Source of the DNA: Centroscyllium fabricii
Lineage: Eukaryota
NCBI GenBank assembly: GCA_051313645.2
Contig: JBNRSN020000010.1
Coordinates: 76,570,001-76,634,000 of the forward strand
Direction of reading: 5' to 3'
DNA length: 64,000 nucleotides
Shown: piece by piece, positions 38,601-50,434 of the stretch
How positions within the stretch are numbered: position 1 is the first letter of the stretch
How the letters are laid out: every line of letters begins with the position of its first letter
The notes under the pieces: generated by a model
Told to the model about the DNA's origin: nothing
The model's input: only the letters and a program-made list of their open reading frames with translations
Database searches by the model: none
Made by a program: the position numbers and the translations under genes

Positions 38601-41600
38601 CTCAGCTACCTCATGGTGCACTATGGTCTAGGTTCACTTGGGTACCTCATGGTGCACTATGATCTAGGTGCACTCAGGTATCTTATGGTGGACTATGATC
38701 TAGGTTCACTCAGGTACCTCATGGTGAACTATCATCTAGGTTCACTCAGGTACCTCATGGTGGACTATGTTCTAGGTGCACTCAGGTACCTCATGGTGGA
38801 CTATGATCTGGTTCACTCAGGTATCTCATGGTGGAATATGATCTAGGTTCACTCAGGTACCTCATGATGGACTATGATCTAGGTTCACTCAGGTACCTCA
38901 TGGTGGACTATGATGTGGTTCACTCAGGTACCTCATGGTGCACTATGATCTAGGTTCACTCCGGTACCTCATGGTGGACTATCATCTAGGTTCACTCAGG
39001 TACCTCATGGTGGACTATGTTCTAGGTTCATAAGAACATAAGAAATAGGAGCAGGAGTAGGCCAATCAGCCCCTCGAGCCTGCTCCGCCATTCAATAAGA
39101 TCATGGCTGATCTGATCCTAACCTCAATTTTATTTTTACTCTCCACCCCGCCCAAACCAATGTAATCACTTTGGAGAGGTGAAAAACCACACATGGCCGC
39201 TCTCAACCTAGCCTCACGTCCACTTACCAGCCCGTTCACCATAACCCCTAATTCCCTTTAATTCCAGGAAACTGTCTATCTCAGTTTTAAATTTATTCAA
39301 CGTAGTAGCTTCTACAGCTCTCTGGGGCAGCAAATTCCACAGCCGCACCACCCTCTGAGTAAAGAAGTTCCCCCTCATCTCAGTTTTAAAATGGGAGCCC
39401 TTTATTTTAAGATTATGCCCCCTAGTCCTAGTCTCACTCACCATTGGGAACATCCTCACCGCATCCACCCGATCAAGCCCTCTCACAATCTTATATATTT
39501 CAATAAGATCGCCTCTCATTCTTCTGAACTCCAATGAGTAGAGGCCCAATCCACTCAGCCTCTCGTCATATGTTAGCCCCCTCATCCCCGGAACTAACCT
39601 AGTGAATCTTCTCTGCACTGCCTCGAGAGCAAGTATGTCCTTTCTTAAATAGGGACACCAGAACTGCACGCAGTATTCCAGGTGTGGTCTCACCAATACC
39701 CTGTACAACTGCAACAAGACCTCCCTGCTTTTAAACTCAATCCCCTTATCAATAAAAGCCAACATTCCGTTGGCCTTCCTTACCACCTGCTGCACCTGCA
39801 TATTAACTTTCTGTGTCCCCTGCACCAGGACCCCAGTTCACTCAGGTACCTCATGGTGCACTATGATCTGGTTCACTCAGGTACCTCATGGTGCACTATG
39901 ATCTAGGTTCACTCAGGTACCTCATGGTGGACTATGATCTAGGTTCACTCAGGTACCTCATGATGCACTATGATCTAGGTTCACTCAGGTACCTCATGAT
40001 GCACTATGATCTAGGTTCACTCAGGTACCTCATGATGGACTATGATCTAGGTTCACTCAGGTACCTCATGGTGGACTATGATGTGGTTCACTCAGGTACC
40101 TCATGATTCACTATGATCTAGGTTCACTCAGGTACCTCATGGTGGACTATCATCTAGGTTCACTTAGGTATCTCATGGTGCACTATGATCTAGGTTCACT
40201 CAGGTACCTCATGGTGGACTATGTTCTAGGTTCACTCAGGTGCCTCATGGTGGACTATGATCTGGTTCACTCAGGTACCTCATGGTGCACTATGATCTAG
40301 GTTCACTCAGGTACCTCATGGTGGACTATGATCTAGGTTCACTCAGGTACCTCATGGTGGACTATGTTCTAGGTTCTCTCAGGTACCTCATGGTGGACTA
40401 TGATCTAGGTTCACTCAGGTACCTCATGGTGGACTATCATCTAGGTTCACTCAGGTACCTCATGGTGCACTATGATCTAGGTTCACTCAGGTACCTCATG
40501 GTGGACTATGACCTAGGTTCACTCAGGTACCTCATTGTGGACTATGATCTAGGTTCACTCAGGTACCTCATGGTGGAGTATGATCTAGGTTCACTCAGGT
40601 ACCTCATGGTGCACTATGATCTAGGATCACTCAGGTACCTCATGGTGCACTATGATCTAGGTTCACTCAGGTACCTCATGGTGGAGTATGATCTAGGTTC
40701 ACTTAGGTACCTCATGGTGCACTATGATCTAGGTTCACTTAGGTACCTCATGGTGGACTATGATGTGGTTCACTCAGGTACCTCATGGTGCACTATGATC
40801 TAGGTTCACTCAGGTACCTCATGGTGGACTATCATCTAGGTTCACTCAGGTATCTCATGGTGGACTATGATCTATGTTCACTCGGGTACCTCATGGTGGA
40901 CTATCATCTAGGTTCACTCAGGTACCTCATGGTGGACTATGTTCTGGGTTCACTCAGGTACCTCATGGTGCACTATGATCTGGTTCTCTCAGGTACCTCA
41001 TGGTGCACTATGATCTAGGTTCACTCAGGTACCTCATGGTGGACTATGATCTACGTTCACTCAGGTACCTCATGGTGGACTATGTTCTAGGTTCTCTCAG
41101 GTACCTCATGGTGGGCTATGATCTAGGTTCACTCAGGTACCTCATGGTGGACTATGATGTGGTTCACTCAGGTACCTCATGGTGCACTATGATCTAGGTT
41201 CACTCAGGTACCTCATGGTGGACTATGATCTAGGTTCACTCAGGTACCTCATGGTGGACTATGTTCTAGGTTCTCTCAGGTACCTCATGGTGGACTATGA
41301 CCTAGGTTCACTCAGGTACGTCATGGTGGACTATCATCTAGGTTCACTCAGGTACCTCATGGTGGACTATGATCTAGGTTCACTCAGGTACCTCATGGTT
41401 ATCTGTGATCTAGGTTCACTCAGGTACCTCATGGTGCACTATGATCTAGGTTCACTCAGGTACCACATGGTGGACTATGATCTGGTTCACTCAGGTACCT
41501 CATGGTGCACTATGATCTAGGTTCACTCAGGTACCTCATGGTGGACTATCATCTACGTTCACTCAGGTACCTCATGGTGGACTATGATCTAGGTTCAGTC

Positions 41601-43020
41601 AGGGACCTCATGGTGCACTATGATATAGGTTCACTCAGCTACCTCAGGGTGGACTATGATCTAGGTTCACTCAGCTACCTCATGGTGCACTATGGTCTAG
41701 GTTCACTTGGGTACCTCATGGTGCACTATGATCTAGGTGCACTCAGGTATCTTATGGTGGACTATGATCTAGGTTCACTCAGGTACCTCATGGTGAACTA
41801 TCATCTAGGTTCACTCAGGTACCTCATGGTGGACTATGTTCTAGGTGCACTCAGGTACCACATGGTGGACTATGATCTAGGTTCACTCAGGTACCTCATG
41901 ATGCACTATGATCTAGGTTCACTCAGGTACCTCATGATGGACTATGATCTAGGTTCACTCAGGTACCTCATGGTGAACTATCATCTAGGTTCACTCAGGT
42001 ACCTCATGGTGGACTATGTTCTAGTTGCACTCAGGTACCTCATGGTGGACTATGATCTAGGTTCACTCAGGTACCTCATGATGCACTATGATCTAGGTTC
42101 ACTCAGGTACCTCATGGTGGACTATCATCTAGGTTGACTGAGGTATCTCATGGTGGACTATGATCTAGGTTCACTCGGGTACCTCATGGTGGACTATTAT
42201 CTAGGTTCACTCAGGTACCTCATGGTGGACTATGTTCTAGGTTCACTCAGGTACCTCATGGTTCACTATGATCTGGTTCACTAAGGTACCTCATGGTGCA
42301 CTATGATCTAGGTTCACTCAGGTACCTCATGGTGGACTATGATCTAGGTTCACTCAGGTACCTCATGGTGGACTATGTTCTAGGTTCTCAGGTACCTCAT
42401 GGTGGACTATGATCTAGGTTCACTCAGGTACCTCATGATGCACTATGATCTAGGTTCACTCAGGTACCTCATGGTGGACTATGATCTAGGTTCACTCGGG
42501 TACCTCATGGTGGACTATCATCTAGGTTCACTCAGGTACCTCATGGTGGACTATGTTCTAGGTTCACTCAGGTACCTCATGGTGCACTATGATCTGGTTC
42601 ACTCAGGTACCTCATGGTGCACTATGATCTAGGTTCACTCAGGTACCTCATGGTGGACTATGATCTAGGTTCACTCAGGTACCTCATGGTTATCTGTGAT
42701 CTGGGTTCACTCAGGTACCTCATGGTGCACTATGATCTAGGTTCACTCGGGTACCTCATGGTGCACTATGATCTAGGTTCATTCAGGTATCTCATTGTGG
42801 GCTATGATCTAGATTCACTCAGGTACCTCATGGTGGACTATGATCTAGATTCACTCAGGTATCTCATGGTGGACTATGATCTTGGTTCATTCAGGTATCT
42901 CATGGTGAACTATGATCTAGGTTCACTCGGGTATCTCATGGTGGACTATGATCTAGGTTCACTCAGGTATCTCATGGTGGAGCATGAGATTTGGATGTTG
43001 GGTTCACTCCGGTACCTCAT
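35655..43020 (+). repeat. 36-bp tandem satellite GGTTCACTCAGGTACCTCATGGTGGACTATGATCTA, about 180 units, interrupted by a CR1
   Basis: Head-to-tail units with no spacers. 35-bp variants (gatctggtt, gatgtggtt) shift the frame. It generates the (LGSLRYLMVDYD)n ORFs. Confidence 0.98.
39031..39835 (-). mobile_element. Young 5'-truncated CR1 inserted in the satellite
   Basis: Uninterrupted 203-aa ORF2 C-terminus (39214-39825), (TTCTTATG)n tail, and TSD GTTCA at 39026-39030 and 39836-39840. Confidence 0.95.
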
Positions 43021-44878
43021 CCAAGTGGCCATTCTTCAGGTATGAGCTTACCTAACATGAAGGGCAACATTGTCGAACCTAATCCTGCCCTCAACTGACA
43101 TCTTCATATGTACTTTCCAGCGGAGATTGCTGGATAACACTCAGAAGTGGAAACCTTGGCTAACTTTCTCCATCCCTAACTCAACGGTGCCAAGGCCAAT
43201 TGCAGCACGATGATTGCAGCGGCAGCTGAGGTTTCAATATGGCACCTTGCTGATTAAATACCTCAGTATCACCCTAAGCAATTAAATCACCCACTGACCC
43301 ACCAGGGAGGTCATTTTTTAGGGCAATATTGTTTTGCTATATATATATGATATATAGTAAGATTTATAACTTTTTTATATATATATATATGTTCAAACTG
43401 TGACAATCAAATGATGTTCAACATTCGTCTTTGTATAGTCACAGGTCTTATCACTAACATTAATGTTATTTGTACAATCACATCATTCCTATCCCATACC
43501 ACTCATTTTTCAATTACAATCAGAACATTGAATTCACATCTTTGAAATAGTAAAGTGATCTTTAATCAATCACCAATATCGCACTCGCATGCTAACCAGC
43601 TAACATCACTTGCTCAAACAAAACTTGTATTTCACAGGGGCTTTCTAATATCCTCAATGTAGGAACATTAGTGATTCATTAAAGCATTGAATGAATATAA
43701 TTTCCATTTTATTTACTGTTTATATTTGTATGTGTGAATTCCTATACTGTAGGCTTAGTGGGTGGATTATTAAAACATGTCATAATGTAAAGGCAAGATA
43801 GCTATTCTATAGCACAACTTATTTGTGTTGATTTTTCCTTCTTTCTGATGAATTTTAAATGCTTTAAATATTTAGCTGGAAATTTTTTGGATAATTTTAA
43901 TTGATTTTCCAATGCGATCACAAAATATAAATTTATTTTAAAAAATCAGGTACCTGTTATTACAAAGTCTGGTTGTAAGTTTGCTGAACTACAGTAGATC
44001 CCTATTACCACGTGCAGGACAAACTTATTGCTCATATCCAGATTTGCACAAAACAGGACTGACTGTACCAGTACGAATCAGGAACAAGTTGGGACCTGAT
44101 CAAAATTTGCTACTCATCTTAATTTCTGGCTTGACATATACCATGGATAAAAGAAAGAACTTGCATTTATATAGGACATTTTCACCTCTCTATCGGAATG
44201 TCCCAAAGTGCTGCACACATAATGGATTACTTTGAAGTGCAGTCACTGTTGCCGAGTTGGAAATGTAGGAGAAATTATTGAGAACATTTAGGCCGTTGAT
44301 AGATTCTGATTCTTGCTCTACACATACTGTCCTCACAAAGTACACATAATGTCATGTGTAATATTGTTACATACTGCAGTCTCCCTCATGTTGCACCATG
44401 AATCTGTGGTGATCTTTTCAAACAACTTGCATTATGAAAATGATTACTGCAAGCAACTTCATGATAGATAATGGTCCTTGGCTGTAATTCTCTCAGCCTG
44501 GTGCCCCAAACTCCACCTTGGTGATTCAGTAAGATATTACTACATCACACCCTACTAAATGGAAACTTGGATACTGCCACTTTTAACACTGTGGTCACAC
44601 AGACATTACACTTATCAAGAGAGCTGAGTCATGATACCGTCACAGGAGTAGACAATCCACGAATCCTGGGGTCAGGTCTCTGCACCAAGAATGAGTATCG
44701 CAGAGTTTAGGTTTGGATGTTCCATGGACCTGCTGAGTACAAGTGTGATATGGTCCCCACTGCTTATATCGGGTGTGTTGGTGTTTACGTGGTTTTTTTA
44801 ATTCATTCTTGGGATGTAGGCTTCGTTGGCAAGACCGGCAGTTATTGCCCATTGCAAGTTGCCCTCCAGTACTTAATA

Positions 44879-45539
44879 CAGGTACACAATCCTTTATCCG
44901 AACACCTCGGGACCGGGCGGTCTTCGGTTTTCGGATAATTTCGGTTTTCGGGATGGTGCCCAGTGCGCATGCGCATTGCCGTGTTGGCAGCCGATTACGC
45001 CTCTGAAACGGTAGGAAATTGTGGGCTAAGAACAGAAAACGCTGGAGAAACTCAGCAGGCCAGGCAGCATCGGTGGAGAGAAGAGCAGAGTTGACGTTTC
45101 AGGTGGAAGACCTTTTTTCATTTTACCGGGGCTCGGGCGCAGCGCTGTGCGAGGGAGGCCGCAGCGGCGGTTCGTGGAACGGCAGGCCGTCCTCTCCCAT
45201 TAAAGGGAGGGGCCTAGCGCAGCTGCCGAGGGACCGGGAGCTGCAGAACAAGCCCAGTACTCGGGGGAAGTGCCGTGTTCAGCTGAGGGAGGGCTCACCC
45301 CGCCGGAGGAGTCGCAGAACGAGCCCGGTACTCTGGGGAGGTGCCGGGCTCAGCTGAGGGAGGGCTCACCCTGCAGTTTTTACATTTCCTATTGAGCAGT
45401 GCAAGGGATGGAATGGGAATGTAATACTTACTACACCAGTATGATTCAAATTAGCTTTCAAAACGGGTCAGGTTTGGCGCAACTTGGGTCATTTTGAAAT
45501 TTCGGTTTTTGGAGTTGCAGATAAAGGATTGTGTACCTG
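44879..45539 (+). mobile_element. Tc1/mariner-type MITE, family B copy 2, with a chimeric interior
   Basis: TA|CAGGTACACAATCCTTTATC ... GATAAAGGATTGTGTACCTG|TA, a perfect 20-bp TIR. Confidence 0.88.
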
Positions 45540-45565
45540 TATTGTGAACTACGTGATCATTTCTG

Positions 45566-45870
45566 TGAGTAACGGTGGCATAGTGGGTAGCATTGTTGCC
45601 TCACAGCGCTAGGGGCCCGGGTTCAAATCCGGCCTCGGGTGACTATCTATGTGGAGTTTGCACATTCTCCCCGTGTCTGCGTGGGTTTCCTCCGGGTGCT
45701 CTAGTTTCCTCCCACAGTCCAAAGATGTGCGAGTTAGGTTGATTGGCCATGATTGACCCTTCATGTTAGGGGGATTAAATATATGGGGGTTACGGGGATA
45801 GGGTGGGATATGTGGCAGGCTCGATGGGCCGAAATGGCCTCTATCTGCACTGTAGGGATTCTATGATTCT
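45566..45870 (+). mobile_element. Full-length V-SINE/HE1-like SINE with short tail
   Basis: tRNA head (GGTTCAAATCC), V-domain, and tail gggccgaaatggcctctatctgcactgtagggattctatgattct. Confidence 0.9.
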
Positions 45871-47604
45871 TTGAAACACCTGCATAGGGACAAAGCCTTT
45901 GGCACTTTACAGTAGTGCTCCAGTGACTGAGTACTAATCCAGAATTTGTGGGATAATGGAAAACTCCTGCATAAAATGTTTGTCTCTGTAGATGTTGCTA
46001 GCATAGTGTTAACCCATGTCAAAGAGACCACAACTACATAAGTTATAAAATAAGCACCACCAGCATTATTAAATCACTTTTTGCAGCTATCGTGAGCCAG
46101 TTTTCATTATTGACAAAACAAAATCATATTTCAAAACGACTTTAGCCAGAGGAATGGCTCCTGGGATTCCTGCTCTATGGGTGGACATTCCTCCTTAGTG
46201 ATTTGGCATAAAATGTTGGAGCAAATTAAATTGCAGTTTGTTTCAATGCTCATCTGGCATTCTGTGAAAACATGCTATTGGTGTTGTACTATTATTAGTA
46301 TCAGAACTGAATATATCCCGGCAACTAACAAGAGCACAAAACATTCTGACAGCATGGACCAAGAAACATGATACGGCCTTAAGAGTGGGAAGTCCGTCAG
46401 AACGTTGTAGTCCAAGAAAGGGGTATGCGGCAAGATGTCTGTTTACTGCAAGAGGTCTGCTTAACTGCAGAAAGTTGAGAGTCTTCCACCCCAGGAACGG
46501 TATTCAAAACAACATAGCCATGTCACACAATGGCTTGCCACTCCTCTGGCAGAGAAGACTGCAGCATCCACTCATTTCTTTACTCTAACCACGTTAGCTG
46601 AGGAGAAAATGAATATGATCTCAACTGCTTCATTCTGACTGCTTCATTGCATGGTTCTGAGACCATCTCTACCTCGTCCTTTTCGGCTGGACTTGATAAG
46701 AGAATTTACTTTACGAAAACAGTGTTTTGGAATGCTGCATATACTACTCCTTGTCTACTGATCTCATCACTGAGAGAAATAAAGTAAAACGCTCAAAATG
46801 GATTATTGCAGACTATTAGATTGCATTTAACAGCTATCTCTGGATTTCATTCTTCCTTAGAAAGGGACTCAGTAGCTTACTTCCTTTAGTATCCTGATTT
46901 ACAAAAGGAGGCAAACTTCTAGTTGAAGCTTATTAAAGTCTTCTTTTGCTTAATCTAACGTACAAAAAACCTTGCATATTTATATCGTGCCTTTAATGTA
47001 GTAAAATGTTCCAAGGTGCTTCACGGGAACATTATCAAACAAAATTTGACACCGAGCCACATAAAGAGATATTAGAACTGGTGACCAAAGCTCGGTCAAA
47101 GAGGTAGGTTTTAAGGAGTGTCTTCTAGGAGGAGAGAGAGGTAGAGAGGCAGAGAGTTTTAGGGAGGGATTTCCAGAGCTCAGGGCCCAGGCAGCTGAAG
47201 GCACGGTCGCCAATGGTGGAGCGACTAAAATTGAGGATGCAAAAGAGGCCAGAATTGGAGGAGCACAGAGATCTTGAAGGCTTGTAGGGTTGGAGGAGAT
47301 GACAGAGATAGGAGGGGCGAGGCCATGGAGGGTTTTGAAAACAAGGATGAGAATTTTAAAATTGAGGTGTTGCCATACTGGGCGCCAATGTAGGTCAGCG
47401 AGCATGGGGTATGGGTGAACGGGACTTGGTGCGAGTTAGGCTATGGGCAACAGAGTTTTGGATGAGCTCAAGTTTATGTTGGGTGGAAGATAGAAGGCTG
47501 GCCAGGAGAGCATTGGAATAGTCAAGTCGATAGGTAACAAAGGCACAGATGAGGGTTTCGGCAGCAGATGAGCTGAGGTAGGGACCACCACCATGGGTGA
47601 TGGG

Positions 47605-50434
47605 TAGGGTTGTAAAGGGCTGGAAAGTTTCCGGTAAATTTCCGGAAATTTTCCATGGGAAGTTTAGCTTGGGAATTTTGGTAATTTTGCCCAAAACAGC
47701 ACATACTAGCATAATATTGTTTTTTTTGTATTTCTTTCTTTTTTTCCCACAGGTCCTCTCTTAAAATTACTAACAGAGATGGAATCTTAATTATTAAGGA
47801 ATTTCTTAATCAATATATGTTTATCTTCTTACTTGTCTTGTTTTAATAATTACAAGTTTTGTGTGTGACTGTGAACAAATGTGTCCTGAGTGAGTGGATG
47901 AGTGATTAGCTCCCTCTATTTGTAATGTTTGCATATTCAATTGTGATTGGCCTGCAGGCATCTGTAAGACTGCTATAGTTTTTTCAAGATCCAGGTTAGG
48001 GGTCCTGAGGGAAGTCATTTTGTTTTCTGCTGATGTTGTGATGATGCAGTAAGTAAATCAGACTTTATACCAAATAAACCAGTTACTTGTTGAACTCTGT
48101 TGTCCTTCAATTTAAAATATACAAAATAATACATTATTGGGGATGTAGCGTCGTGTGTGTACTGGTCATGCTTCCATCACATGGAGCATCAGCAAAAATG
48201 TACTCACCCTGTTGCAATCGTGCTGATCGACCGCAGTTCGACACAGAGATGAATGCCCTTTATTTCTCTGCATAGAACAATGCCACGTTTACCGTCGGAT
48301 GTGTGGATGTATTTTACCCCAGGCATTAAAGATGGAAAGACTGTGTACATATGCAAACAGTGTACAAAGCCATATGTAAAGAATGCCACAAAGATGCAGC
48401 AGCATTTATCCAAATGCAACAACTTCACTCAAAGCTCACAGCAGTCAGCCCAGAGTTCCTCTGCTTCCATTCAAGAAGATGATGGTTCTCATTCAGCGCC
48501 AGGCTCCTTATCATCAGCAACTCCTGGCCCACTTGGAAGGTTCTTTGATACAATGGATAACCATAGCCAGACGAATGCAGATGAGTGCCTTGCTCGAGCT
48601 GTATATGCAACAGGCTCACCCCTCATGCTCACAGCCAATGTGTACTGGAAGAGATTTTTCAATGTTATTTGCCCTGCAAACTGTCCTCCCACCAGACATG
48701 CTTTGTCTACTTATTTGCTGGAGGCTGAGTATAACAGAGTCCAAGGAACGCTCAAAGAAACAATAGCGATGGCAGACTGTGTTGCAGTTATCTCAGATGG
48801 GTGGTCAAATGTACGAGGGGAGGGCATCATAAACTACATCGTCTCCACTCCTCTCCCAGTGTTCTTCAAGAGCACAGACACGAAGGACAACAGACACACA
48901 GGCACATACATTGCTGATGAGCTGAAGGCAGTCATCAACGATCTTGGATCACAAAAGGTCTTTGCAGTAGTTACTGAAAATGCTGCGACTATGAAGGCTG
49001 CTTGGGCTCAAGTGGAGAAGGCCTACCCTCATATTATGTCTATTGGGTGCACAGCTCATGGGCTTAACCTGCTCCTCAAGGCCATCATGGGTTTGAGAAC
49101 CATGGAAGCACTGTACAAGAGAGCCAAGCAAGCTGTTAAGTATGTCAGAGGAAAACAGGTAGTTGCAGCAACCTACAACTCCAAGCAAATGACAAAAACA
49201 AGAACACCACACTGAAGCTTCCCAACAACACTAGATGGGGTGGCGTTGTCATAATGTACAACAGCCTTCTGGAGGGTAAGGAGTCGCTGCAAGAAATGTC
49301 AATATCCCAGTCTGGGGATATGGAAACCACCATCAAGAAAATACTGCTGGATGATGTGTTTTGGGAGAGAGTGGTTAGCAGCCTTAAACTACTCTCACCA
49401 GTAGCATCTGCAATTACTCAGATTGAAGGAGATGACGCTGTCTTGTCAGATGTTCTCAGGCTTTTTACTGATTTAAAAGAACAAATCAGCATTGATCTAC
49501 CCACATCCCTGCTGCTCAAAGCAGAGGAGAAGGCAATTGTTCAATTCATACAGACGCGTCAAGAATTTTGTGTCAAGTCGATTCATGCTGCAGCATACAT
49601 GCTGGACCCAAAGCATGTTGGGAGACCAATACTTTCTGGAGAACAGATCAACAGCGCTTAGTGTGATTTCTACCCTCTCACACAATCTTAATCTGGATGT
49701 GGGCAAAGTTCTGGGAAGTCTGGCAAAGTTCCCTACCAAGCAAGGTCTTTGGAATGGGGACAGGATATGGGAATCATGCAAGCATATCAGTGCACATACC
49801 TGGTGGAAGGGACTTTGTGCACCTGAGGCCCTGTCACCTATTGCATCGGTGATACTCCAAATCCCACCTTCATCAGCGGCCTCTGAACAAAACTGGTCAC
49901 TTTTTGGGAATACGCATACAAAGGTGCGCAACAGGCTGACTAACAAGAGAGTGGAGAAACTGGTGGCTATCCGGGCGAACCTACAACTTATTGAGCCAAA
50001 TACAGAGGTGTCCACCGCACAGCTAGACAGTGACACAGAGGAGGAAATGGGCACGTCAGAGCCAGAGTCAGAGAATCAGGAGGAGCAATGATGAGTAGAA
50101 GACTCAGAAGACTCATGAGTAGAAGACTCAAAGGGACAACATAAGGACAAATTACAGGCTAAATAAGCTGACACTCTTTTTATTTTATTTTAAATGGGTC
50201 CTTTTTGTGGGGGTTCAATAAAGTTCAAAATTATAACCTAAATAAAGTTTTGAAAGCCTGTTTTTATTTGTATGGAACAGTATGTCTATTTTGATGACAA
50301 AGATAATATAAGGGTCAGAGACAAAAACCATCAGTGTGCAAAAAAACTCAAAATTCCCATAAATTCCTATAAATTCCCGAAAATTCCCATGGAAAGTTTC
50401 CTCTTTTAAAAATTCCTGGAATTTTGCAACCCTA
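47605..50434 (+). mobile_element. Full-length hAT DNA transposon (2.83 kb)
   Basis: TIRs TAGGGTTGTAAA / TTTGCAACCCTA, 8-bp TSD GTGATGGG / GTGGTGGG, and subterminal GGAAATT/AATTCC repeats. Confidence 0.95.
48280..50091 (+). pseudogene. hAT transposase (BED zinc finger, DUF659-like, C-terminal dimerisation domain) with two frameshifts
   Basis: Motifs VWMYF...CKQC...QHLSKC, SDGWS, VVTENAA, CTAH, TRWG and SSAASEQNWS...RNRL. Frame breaks near 49195 and 49655. Confidence 0.92.

Larger units (their letters stand above)
35615..43312 (-). mobile_element. Old tRNA-headed SINE-like element split by the satellite (body and head 43005-43312, tail stub ~35615-35655)
   Basis: Reverse head cccactgacccaccagggagg. 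The body ggtacctcatccaagtggccattcttca...aaggccaattg...gctgag resembles a common shark SINE, recalled from memory and not searched. Confidence 0.55.

Noticed and set aside
35655-43020. CRISPR array, or a repeat-protein gene encoding (LGSLRYLMVDYD)n
   Set aside because: The units are contiguous with no unique spacers, there are no cas genes, and the context is a eukaryotic intron. Frequent 35-bp units break the frame, so the ORFs are by-products of a 36-bp period.
48280-50091. Domesticated ZBED-type host gene or MEIS-transposase fusion
   Set aside because: It has frameshifts and retains TIRs and a TSD, and splicing from MEIS creates an immediate stop.
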